Of a stretch of 49,390 nucleotides of DNA, positions 33,802-41,840 are shown in pieces. Each line of letters begins with the position of its first letter. Within the stretch, counting starts at the first letter, position 1. The notes beneath the pieces are model-generated. The model was not told the origin of the DNA and ran no database searches. It worked only from the letters and a program-made list of their open reading frames with translations. Position numbers and translations under genes: made by a program. The stretch covers positions 1 through 49,390 of the forward strand of contig JAKAWP010000005.1 of the NCBI GenBank assembly GCA_021816955.1, in the 5' to 3' direction. This stretch comes from Thermoplasmata archaeon. GTDB lineage: Archaea > Thermoplasmatota > Thermoplasmata > Lutacidiplasmatales > UBA184.

Positions 33802-35297
33802 GCGGGGTCGCCGTAGACGGTGTAGTGCCAGCTCTTGCGCGACTGGCCCGTCAGGTCGACATAGATGTTCTTCGTCACCGTGTAGTCGAGCAGCGAGTCC
33901 GTGCCGAGGTCCTTGCCGAAGCCGGACTGCTTGAACCCACCGTGGGGGGTCTCCGAGCCAAGGGGGAGGTGGTCGTTGATCCAGACGTCCCCGAACCGGA
34001 GCGCGTGCGCCGCCCGGAGAGCCGTGCGGACGTTGGTCGTCCAGACGCTCGCCGCGAGGCCGTAGTCGACACCGTTCGCGATCTCCATCGCCTCGTCGAA
34101 CGTTGCGAACTCGAGGACGTCGACGACCGGCCCGAAGATCTCCTTCTTCGCGATCGTCATGTCGGGAGCGACGCCGTCGAAGACCGTCGGGACGACGAAC
34201 GCCCCTCGGGAGAGCTCCGGCGGAGGGTCGGTTCCCCCGACGGCGATTCGAGCCCCCTCGGAGCGGCCCCGCTCGATGAATTCGACGACCCGGGCCCGAT
34301 GCGACGGGTGCACGAGAGGCCCCAAGTCCGTCGACCGCGCGAGCGGGTCGCCGAGCCGGATCGAGCGGACCTTCTCCACGAGGTGCGCGAGGAACCGCTC
34401 TCGCACGCTCCGATGGACGATGAGCCGGGTGGCGGCGGTGCAGTCTTGTCCGCCGTTCACGAAGCCGCCGACGATCGCTCCCTCGACGGCGGCCGCGAGG
34501 TCGGCGTCGTCAAAGACGATGAACGGCGCTTTGCCGCCGAGCTCGAGCTGCACCCGCTTCACGGTGCCGCTCGCGGCCGCCATCACACGCCGGCCGGTCG
34601 CCGTGTCGCCGGTGAGCGCGACCATGTCGACGCCCGGGTGGCGGCAGAGCTCGTCGCCGACCTCGTCGCCCGGGCCCGTGACGACGTTGAGCGCTCCCTT
34701 CGGAAGACCGGCCGCTTCGAAGGCGCGCGCGAGCTCGAGGGACGTGAGCGGGGTCCAGCTCGCGGGCTTCAGCACGACGGTGTTGCCGACCACGAGCGCC
34801 GGGGCGATCTTCCAGACCGCCATCATGATCGGGTAGTTCCACGGGGTGATCGCGGCGACGACGCCGACCGGCTCGCGACGGAAGATCGTCGTGCCGTCGC
34901 CGGTGAACTCGTTCGGGCTCCGGGCGTCGAGCGTGCGACCCGCGCCCGCGTAGAAGACGAGGTTGTCGATGCTGAACGGGAGGTCGGCGTCGGCGGCCTG
35001 CTTGATCGTCTTGCCTTGGTTGCGACTCTCCAGTTCGGCGAGCGCGGGCAACCGCTGCGTGAGAAGGTTCGCGGCTTTCAGGAAGACTTCGGCCCGCGCC
35101 CGCGGGGGAAGACGGGGCCAGCTGCCCGTATCGAACGCCTCCCGGGCGGCGTCGACCGCCCGCCGCACGTCGTCCCGGCCCCCCCGGGGAACTTGATCGA
35201 CCAACCGACCGTCGAACGGGCTCACGACGTCGATCGTTGCCCCGCTGGCCGCGGCCGTCCACTCGCCGCCGATGAGCATCTTCGCGACCATCGCCAA
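33798..35297 (-). CDS. NAD+-dependent aldehyde dehydrogenase (aminobutyraldehyde / betaine-aldehyde dehydrogenase-like)
   Basis: 499 aa. Motifs MLIGGEW, ITPWNYP, LELGGKAP, catalytic Cys in GGQDCTAATR, KEIFGPV, GFKQSGFG. GTGA overlap with the downstream ALDH. Confidence 0.85.
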   Translation of the reverse strand: MAMVAKMLIGGEWTAAASGATIDVVSPFDGRLVDQVPRGGRDDVRRAVDAAREAFDTGSWPRLPPRARAEVFLKAANLLTQRLPALAELESRNQGKTIKQAADADLPFSIDNLVFYAGAGRTLDARSPNEFTGDGTTIFRREPVGVVAAITPWNYPIMMAVWKIAPALVVGNTVVLKPASWTPLTSLELARAFEAAGLPKGALNVVTGPGDEVGDELCRHPGVDMVALTGDTATGRRVMAAASGTVKRVQLELGGKAPFIVFDDADLAAAVEGAIVGGFVNGGQDCTAATRLIVHRSVRERFLAHLVEKVRSIRLGDPLARSTDLGPLVHPSHRARVVEFIERGRSEGARIAVGGTDPPPELSRGAFVVPTVFDGVAPDMTIAKKEIFGPVVDVLEFATFDEAMEIANGVDYGLAASVWTTNVRTALRAAHALRFGDVWINDHLPLGSETPHGGFKQSGFGKDLGTDSLLDYTVTKNIYVDLTGQSRKSWHYTVYGDPA

Positions 35298-35366
35298 CCT
35301 CGTGGGGGTACGGCTTTGACGGTCAAAGTGTTGTCGGGCCCGACCCGAACGGGGGGGCTCCGCAGG

Positions 35367-35372
35367 TTATAT
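35367..35372 (+). promoter_or_regulatory. TATA-like hexamer (TTATAT) upstream of the SBP gene
   Basis: The only AT-only stretch in the 35298-35415 divergent spacer, about 45 nt upstream of GTG 35416. Confidence 0.3.
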
Positions 35373-35415
35373 CAGGCTCGGAGACTATGGGGTTTCGCTT
35401 CGGTCGGGTGATCCG

Positions 35416-37299
35416 GTGGACCCGAAGATCCGGAACATCATCGCCATCGCCATTGTGGTCGTGATCGTGGCCGCCGGGGTCGGTCTGTACCTCAATCGGG
35501 CGCCGGCGTCGTCCAGCGCGACCTGCACGACCCCGCTCCAGTCGACGAACCCGATGAAAATCGACCAAGCGGAGATACCGGACTCGCTCGACCCGGACAC
35601 GACCTTCTCCACGCCCGGCTGGGCCGCCGTCCAACAGGTCTACCAAGGACTCGTCAACTACAACGGCTCGAGTTCCACCAACTTCTCCGGGGTCCTCGCC
35701 AAGAACTGGACGATCTCGCCCGATGGGTTCCACTGGAACTTCACTCTGCGCAGCGGCGTGAAGTTCTCGAACGGCGACCCGTACAACGCCTACGTCCAGT
35801 GGTTCAGCTTCTACCGCAGCCTGCTCATGAATCAGGGCCCGCAGTTCATCTTGGCGCAGAACTTCTGGTACCCCGGCCTCAACTACTACTCCAACGCAAC
35901 GCAGATCGCGAACGAGGAGACGAACCTGTCGATCTTCTTGAACACGACGAATTTCTTCAATCCGACCCCGGCGGAGATCGCCGTGATGACCGCCCCGAAC
36001 CAATCGTTCCAGGTGATCAACGCCTCGATGATCGAGCTCAACCTCGGCTTCGGCTATCTCGGACCCGTTCCGTACGCCTACCTCCTCCCGTCGATCTCCG
36101 CCCCGAACTCCTACGCGGTCGACCCGGCGTTCGTCCAAGCGAACGGGGGCGTGAGCCCCGGCTTCCAGAACGCCTACCTCAACAGCCACACGCTGGGCAC
36201 CGGCCCGTACACCTTGTCGAACTACAACCCGATCGCCGGCGGCGGCTACACGCTGACGCCATCGCCGAACTACTGGGGGACCGCGGCCGCAAAGCTGCAG
36301 CCGTGGAACAACGATATCGCCCCCGCCAACACGTCGGTCACCATCGTCTTCCAGAACAGCATCCCGATCACCGTGAACGACCTCAAGACCGGTGCCGTGG
36401 TGAGCGCGTCGTTCGCCTACACCGGTCCGAGCACGATCAACCAGCTTCAGGGCAACCCGTGCATCGTCGTCCAGCTCCTTCCCACGATCTACGGTTCGAC
36501 GAGCGGCTCGTGGTGGATCTACATGAACCAGTCCGTCTTCCCGTTCAACAACCTCAGCGTCCGCGAGGCGATCGTCCACGCGATCAACTACCCGCAGATC
36601 ATCCAGGATGCGTTCGGCGGGTACGGGACCCAGTGGGTCGGACCGGTGCCGCCGGCCTACCCGTACTACAACCCGCAGAACCTGCCGCCGTACCAGTACA
36701 ACCTGACGCTGGCGAAGCAGGAGATCCAGAACTCCCCGTGCGCGAACGGCAAATGCTCGAGCCTTGTCTTCAACTACGAGTACCAGAACTCGGGCAACGA
36801 CTGGGCCGACACGGCGAGCATCCTGCAGGCGAACCTTGCGGCGATCGGCATCACGATCAAGCCCGTCGGGCTCTCCCTCGACCAGCTGTACACCGAGCAG
36901 ACGTTCAACAGCGCAGGGGTTTGCAACACGGCGACCTCGCTCAACGGCGGGCCGTTCTACATCGGACAGGAGTTCTACACCTCCGACTACATCAGCCCCG
37001 ACGACTGGACGCAGAACGACGCGATCAGCTACGGCAGCGCCAACCAATGCATGAGCGGCTACGCGAACGCGACAATGGACAACCTCGTCCTGACCGCCGC
37101 CGGCACGTCGAACGCGACGCTGCTCACCCAGTACTACAGCCAGATGACGAGCATGATGTACTACAACTACACGAACGCGTGGCTCGTCGTCCCGACATCG
37201 GTGGCAGTGTACAGCGTCCATCTCCACGGGATCATCCAGAACCCGATGGCGAGCGCCGAGCCGTACGCGTTCTTCTTCAACACGATGTGGGCGAGCTGA
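35416..37299 (+). CDS. ABC transporter substrate-binding protein, family 5 (peptide/opine/nickel type), membrane-anchored glycoprotein
   Basis: 627 aa with GTG start. N-terminal anchor IIAIAIVVVIVAAGVGLYL. Family-5 core (DSLDPD..., GLVNYN..., LAKNWTISPDGFHWNFTLRSGVKFSNGDPYNA). 16 N-x-S/T sequons by manual count. Noticeably Asn/Tyr/Gln-rich relative to its neighbours. Confidence 0.85.
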   Translation: MDPKIRNIIAIAIVVVIVAAGVGLYLNRAPASSSATCTTPLQSTNPMKIDQAEIPDSLDPDTTFSTPGWAAVQQVYQGLVNYNGSSSTNFSGVLAKNWTISPDGFHWNFTLRSGVKFSNGDPYNAYVQWFSFYRSLLMNQGPQFILAQNFWYPGLNYYSNATQIANEETNLSIFLNTTNFFNPTPAEIAVMTAPNQSFQVINASMIELNLGFGYLGPVPYAYLLPSISAPNSYAVDPAFVQANGGVSPGFQNAYLNSHTLGTGPYTLSNYNPIAGGGYTLTPSPNYWGTAAAKLQPWNNDIAPANTSVTIVFQNSIPITVNDLKTGAVVSASFAYTGPSTINQLQGNPCIVVQLLPTIYGSTSGSWWIYMNQSVFPFNNLSVREAIVHAINYPQIIQDAFGGYGTQWVGPVPPAYPYYNPQNLPPYQYNLTLAKQEIQNSPCANGKCSSLVFNYEYQNSGNDWADTASILQANLAAIGITIKPVGLSLDQLYTEQTFNSAGVCNTATSLNGGPFYIGQEFYTSDYISPDDWTQNDAISYGSANQCMSGYANATMDNLVLTAAGTSNATLLTQYYSQMTSMMYYNYTNAWLVVPTSVAVYSVHLHGIIQNPMASAEPYAFFFNTMWAS

Positions 37300-37318
37300 G
37301 CGCCCGGGCGGCCCCGGT

Positions 37319-38530
37319 TCACGGGGCGCTCGCGCGCGCCGGTTCCCGGACCATCTCGAGGAGCTCCGACGGCGCCACGCTCCCGATCTCGGCGGCCCGC
37401 CAGCAGGCGACGCGCCGCTCGTCCGAGCCGCGGACGGCTTCGAGCGGCGGATCGCTCGCGCGGCAGCGCGCCTCCACGAACGGGCAACGCGGGGCGAACC
37501 GGCAGCCGGGCGCCGGGTCGATCAGCGACGGCACATCCCCCCGGATCCGGTAGCGGGTGTGCCGGCGCTTCACATCGGGCACCGGCACGGCGGCGAGGAG
37601 GGCCTTCGTGTACGGATGGATCGGGTGCGCGAGCACCTCGGCCGCCGGCCCGAGCTCGATCAGCTGCCCGAGGTAGAGGACGGCGACCCGGTCGGCGATG
37701 TAGCGCACCACCGCGACGTTGTGGGTGATGAGGAGGTAGGTGAGCCCCCGTTCGCGCTGCAGCTCGACTAAGCGGTTCAGCACCTGCGCCTGCACCGAGA
37801 CGTCGAGCGCGCTCGTCGGCTCGTCCAGGACGACGAGCGACGGGTTGACGATGAGCGCCCGCGCGAGCGAGAGGCGTTGGCGGCCCCCGCCCGAGAACTC
37901 GTGCGGGTACTGGTCGAGGCAATCGGCGGGGAGGCCGACCTCGGGGAGGAGGCGGCGCACCGCCTCCCGGACGGTGGCCGCATGCGCGCCGGGCGGTGCC
38001 GGGGGCCGTTCGCGCATGTACGCGACGGCGGCTCGCCAGAGTTCGCCGAGCGGGCGGAGGACGGACCGCGAACGGACCACGCGACGGACGAACCGGCGCC
38101 CGGCGGGCCCAACCAGCGGGGGCCGCTCGCCGAACTGCGCGCGGAGCGGCTCTCCGACGATCTGCCAGACCTTGAGCCGGGGGTCGAGGGAACCGACCGG
38201 GTCTTGGAAGACGATCTGAACCCGGCGGCGCCAGAGCCGAAGCGACTCGCCCGAGAGGCGCGTGACGTCCTCGCCGTCGAACCGCAACGTCCCGCCGGTC
38301 GGGTCGTGGAGCCGGGCCACCACCCAGCCGAACGTCGTCTTGCCCGAACCACTCTCGCCGATGAGCGCGAGCGTCTCGCCGCGGCGGATCGTGAGGGAGA
38401 CGTCGTCGACCGCGTGGATCGACCGGCGGGGGCGGTGACGAAGCTGCTCGCGCAGCGACCGCGGGAGCGGGAACCACATCCGAAGGTGAACGGTTTCCAC
38501 CAGCGGGACGGACGGCTCGGAGGCGGCCAC
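37319..38530 (-). CDS. ABC transporter ATP-binding protein (OppF/DppF-like) with internal insertion
   Basis: 403 aa. Walker A GESGSGKT, Q-loop VFQDP, signature FSGGGRQR, Walker B LVVLDEPTSALD, H-loop ITHN, and a C-terminal oligopeptide-ABC Cys-rich tail (GCRFAPRCP). There are about 100 aa between the Q-loop and YPHEFSGG, where I expect about 50. Confidence 0.85.
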   Translation of the reverse strand: MAASEPSVPLVETVHLRMWFPLPRSLREQLRHRPRRSIHAVDDVSLTIRRGETLALIGESGSGKTTFGWVVARLHDPTGGTLRFDGEDVTRLSGESLRLWRRRVQIVFQDPVGSLDPRLKVWQIVGEPLRAQFGERPPLVGPAGRRFVRRVVRSRSVLRPLGELWRAAVAYMRERPPAPPGAHAATVREAVRRLLPEVGLPADCLDQYPHEFSGGGRQRLSLARALIVNPSLVVLDEPTSALDVSVQAQVLNRLVELQRERGLTYLLITHNVAVVRYIADRVAVLYLGQLIELGPAAEVLAHPIHPYTKALLAAVPVPDVKRRHTRYRIRGDVPSLIDPAPGCRFAPRCPFVEARCRASDPPLEAVRGSDERRVACWRAAEIGSVAPSELLEMVREPARASAP

Positions 38531-38533
38531 GGG

Positions 38534-39679
38534 TCAGCTCACCTCGTCGGCGTACCAGCAGGCGCTCGCGTGGGCGACCGCCTCCGGGGACGGGGTCGCT
38601 CCCGCCGGCTGGAGCGGGGGGGCGGCGCCTACCGCGCAGCGTTCCCGGGCGAGCGCGCACCGCGGATGGAACGCGCAGCCCGACGGGAGCCGGGCGAGGC
38701 TCGGGACGGCGCCGGGGATCGCCGTGAGCGGCCCGTCCGTCTTCGCGTGGTCGGGGGCCGCGGTCAGGAGCGCCCGGGTGTACGGATGGCGCGGGCGCTC
38801 GAAGACGTCGGCGACGGGCCCGAACTCGACCAGGCGGCCCGCGTACATCACGCCGACGACGTCGGCGATCTCTGCGATCACCCCGAGGTCGTGGCTGATG
38901 AACAGGATCGACGTGCGGATCTCGTCGATCAGCTCCTTCATCAGCGTCAGCACCTGCGCCTGGATCGTCACGTCGAGGGCGCTCGTCGGCTCGTCGGCGA
39001 TGAGGAGCGCCGGCCGCTCGGCGAGCGCCTGCGCGATCATGATCCGCTGGCGCATCCCGCCGGAGAGCTCGTGGGGGTAGAGGTTCAGGATCGTCTCGGG
39101 GTCGTTGATCCGCACGAGCCGCAACGCCTCGAGGACCTCGGCGCGGAGCGGCCGGTCCCCCGTCCCGGCCGGCCGGCGGGCCCCGTCCACGAGGGCGGGG
39201 GGGACGAGCGGCCGCGCGAGGCTCTCCGCGGCCCCGGGCGAGGGGGCGGCGCGGGAGTAGTCGAACGGGCCGGGGTCGGCGCGTCCCGCGGCGGCGCCGC
39301 GCGAGCGGATCCGGCGGATCCGGATCGCCTCCGCGAGCTGGGGGTAGATGCGGAACGACGGGTTGAGCGAATTGAGCGGCTCTTGGAAGATCATGCCGAT
39401 CCCGGTGCCCCGGATCGACGGGAGCTTCCACGCGGGGAGCTTCGTCACGTCGATCCCCTGGTAGGTGATCGTCCCCGAGACGATCCGGGCCGGCGGCCGG
39501 GGCAGGAGGGCGGGGATCGCGTGGGCGAGCGTGCTCTTGCCGCAGCCGGTCTCGCCGACAATCCCGACGACCTGGCCCGGGAGCACGGCGAACGAGACCC
39601 CTTGGAGCGCGTGGAACGTTCCCGCGGCGGCGACGTAGTCGACGCTCAGATCGTCGACCGTCAGGACGGGCTCCGTCAC
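38534..39679 (-). CDS. ABC transporter ATP-binding protein (OppD/DppD-like) with internal insertion
   Basis: 381 aa. Walker A GETGCGKS, Q-loop IFQEP, signature LSGGMRQR, Walker B LLIADEPTSALD, H-loop ISHD, C-terminal GCAFHPRC. There is a ~45-aa low-complexity insertion before the signature motif. Confidence 0.85.
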   Translation of the reverse strand: MTEPVLTVDDLSVDYVAAAGTFHALQGVSFAVLPGQVVGIVGETGCGKSTLAHAIPALLPRPPARIVSGTITYQGIDVTKLPAWKLPSIRGTGIGMIFQEPLNSLNPSFRIYPQLAEAIRIRRIRSRGAAAGRADPGPFDYSRAAPSPGAAESLARPLVPPALVDGARRPAGTGDRPLRAEVLEALRLVRINDPETILNLYPHELSGGMRQRIMIAQALAERPALLIADEPTSALDVTIQAQVLTLMKELIDEIRTSILFISHDLGVIAEIADVVGVMYAGRLVEFGPVADVFERPRHPYTRALLTAAPDHAKTDGPLTAIPGAVPSLARLPSGCAFHPRCALARERCAVGAAPPLQPAGATPSPEAVAHASACWYADEVS

Positions 39680-40725
39680 GGTGGCGCTCCGGTGGCGGGC
39701 GGCGCGACGGGACGGTCGTCGCGGGCGGGCCCGGCGGTCGGCGGTGGGACGCTCGCGCCGGTCTGGGCGATCACGCGGCGGCTGCGGGGGTCAAGGAGGT
39801 CGCGAAGCCCGTCCCCGAGCAGGCTGAAGGAGAGGACGGTGACGAGGATCGCGAGGCCGGGAAAGACGACGGTCCACGGCAGGCTCGCCGCGACGTCGTA
39901 GTACGTCGCGATCATCGAGCCCCACTCGACGGGCGGCGCGGTCGGGTACGGGAGTGCGCCCGTCACGAACGCCACCGTGGAGAACGTCACGATCACGGTC
40001 CCGATGTCGAGGGTGAAGTAGACGACGAGCGGCTCGAGGACGTTGCGCAGGACGTGGCGGAGAACGATCCGCCCTTCCCGGACCCCGGCGGCCCGGGCGG
40101 CGTAGATGTACGGCTGGTTCTTCACGGCGAGCACCTCGCCCCGGACGAGCCGGACGTAGTACGGCCACCAGGTGATCAGCACGGCGACCACGACCTGGAC
40201 GACGCCCCGCCCGAGCGCGACCGTGAACGCGAGGGCGAGGATGAGGCTCGGGAACGATAGGAACAGGTCGGTCAGCCGGAGGATCACCGTCGACGCGACG
40301 GCGCCGGCGGACCGGGGCCGGTTGTAGTAGCCGGCGAGGAGTCCGAGCGACCCGCCGATCAGGAGCGCGGCGCCCGAGATCGTGACGCCGATGGCGAGGT
40401 CGACCGGAAGCGCGGCGAGGACGTTCGAGAAGATGTCGCGGCCGAGCTCATCGGTACCGAACGGATGCCCCCAGGTCGGGGCCGACTTCGGCGGCCCCGT
40501 GAAGATCGCGAGCGCCGGGTACGGAAGCACGCCGGGGTCGACGTAGATGACGACGGCCGCGACGGCGAGCAGGACGACCAAGATGAAGCCGGCGAGCGAA
40601 AGGGGGTTCGTCCGCAGCACCCGATAGACGGTGCGCGCGCCCCGGCCGGCGCGGCGCCACGGCGAGGGTCGGGAGGTCGGGGGAACCACCGGCCGGGGCG
40701 ACTCGGCGGCCGGACGGGTTCCCAC
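39676..40725 (-). CDS. ABC transporter permease (DppC/OppC-like)
   Basis: 349 aa. GTDELGRDIFS motif, six TM segments and an EAA-loop region (YIYAARAAGVREGRIVLRHVLRN). 4-nt overlap with the ATPase start. Confidence 0.85.
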   Translation of the reverse strand: MGTRPAAESPRPVVPPTSRPSPWRRAGRGARTVYRVLRTNPLSLAGFILVVLLAVAAVVIYVDPGVLPYPALAIFTGPPKSAPTWGHPFGTDELGRDIFSNVLAALPVDLAIGVTISGAALLIGGSLGLLAGYYNRPRSAGAVASTVILRLTDLFLSFPSLILALAFTVALGRGVVQVVVAVLITWWPYYVRLVRGEVLAVKNQPYIYAARAAGVREGRIVLRHVLRNVLEPLVVYFTLDIGTVIVTFSTVAFVTGALPYPTAPPVEWGSMIATYYDVAASLPWTVVFPGLAILVTVLSFSLLGDGLRDLLDPRSRRVIAQTGASVPPPTAGPARDDRPVAPPATGAPP

Positions 40726-40731
40726 CGACCG

Positions 40732-41754
40732 TCACCTCCACTCGACCTTCGGGTCGAGGATCCCGTAGACGATGTCGGCGACCAGGTTCGCGACGACCGC
40801 GCCAATGGCGAAGACGCTCGCCACGGCGACGGTCCCCGGGATGTTCGAGCCGGTGATCGCCGCGTAGGCGTAATTCCCGATCCCGGGCCAGGTGAAGATC
40901 TCCTCGACGACGACCGTGCCGCTGAGCAACCCGGCGGTCGTGATCCCGAGGACGGTCGTCGTGGAGATCAGGGCGTTGCGGAGCGCGTGGCGGTACAGGA
41001 CGAACGCCTCGCCGAGCCCTTTCATGCGGGCCGACTTGATGTAGTCGAGCGGCAGGACCTCGAGCATCGAGCTGCGGGTCATCCGGGTGATGATGCCGAA
41101 ATTGAGCACGGCGAGAGTCAGCGCCGGCAGGAACAGGTGGACGAGGGCGTCCCACGCGAACGGCAGGTTGCCGGCCAAGAGCGCGTCGACCACGGAGAGG
41201 TGGGTCGGCTGCGGGAACGGCGGAGGGCTTGAGAACTCCCCGCCCGTGGGCAACCCCAAGAACGGGGCGACGAAGATCGCCGCGAGGATCGCCCCGAGAT
41301 ACGTCGGCATCGCCCAGCCGCCGAGGTAGACGATCCGCACGAGGTGGTCGGCCCACCGGCCGCTCGCCTGGGCGGCGACGACCCCGAGCGGGATGCCGAT
41401 CAGCACGATGAGGACGAGCGACGCGGCGACGAGCTCGATCGTCGCCGGGAGCGCCGTGAGGATCGCCGGCAGCACCGGGATCGATCCTTGCGGCGAGACC
41501 CCCCAGTTGCCGGTCAGGAACTGCTGGAGGTAGAGGAAGTACTGCACGGCGATCGGTTTGTCGAGGCCGAAGACCCGCTCGCAGTTCGCGATCGCGTCGG
41601 GCTTGGCGTGCCCCCCTTCCCAGATGATGCACGGGTTCGGGTAGGCGACGTGGATCAGGATGAAGGCGATCGCCGTGACGCCGACGATCAGCGGGACGAG
41701 GAGGAGGAGGCGCTTCGCGATGAACCAGACCAGGTCGGAACTGCTCCGGCCCAC
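40732..41754 (-). CDS. ABC transporter permease (DppB/OppB-like)
   Basis: 340 aa. N-terminal FIAKRLLLLVPLIVGVT, EAA-loop DYIKSARMKGLGEAFVLYRHALRNAL, C-terminal DIVYGILDPKV. Confidence 0.85.
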   Translation of the reverse strand: MGRSSSDLVWFIAKRLLLLVPLIVGVTAIAFILIHVAYPNPCIIWEGGHAKPDAIANCERVFGLDKPIAVQYFLYLQQFLTGNWGVSPQGSIPVLPAILTALPATIELVAASLVLIVLIGIPLGVVAAQASGRWADHLVRIVYLGGWAMPTYLGAILAAIFVAPFLGLPTGGEFSSPPPFPQPTHLSVVDALLAGNLPFAWDALVHLFLPALTLAVLNFGIITRMTRSSMLEVLPLDYIKSARMKGLGEAFVLYRHALRNALISTTTVLGITTAGLLSGTVVVEEIFTWPGIGNYAYAAITGSNIPGTVAVASVFAIGAVVANLVADIVYGILDPKVEWR

Positions 41755-41840
41755 GCGACGTTCGCCCCCTAGCGGACGCCGGGTCCCTCGACGGGGAGAC
41801 CGCGCATCGCCCCGCGTAGCCTGCGCGGGCTAAAAAGCCA

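Noticed and set aside
35323-37227. 634-aa minus-strand ORF antisense to the ABC substrate-binding protein gene
   Set aside because: It is Val/Arg/Asp/Gly-rich with no motifs, while the plus-strand frame gives a clear family-5 SBP. It is an antisense shadow ORF.
37167-39901. 754-aa (minus) and 674-aa (plus) ORFs overlapping the two ABC ATPase genes
   Set aside because: Both are Arg/Pro/Gly-dominated alternate frames. The frames 37319-38530 and 38534-39679 carry complete Walker A, Q-loop, signature, Walker B and H-loop motif sets.
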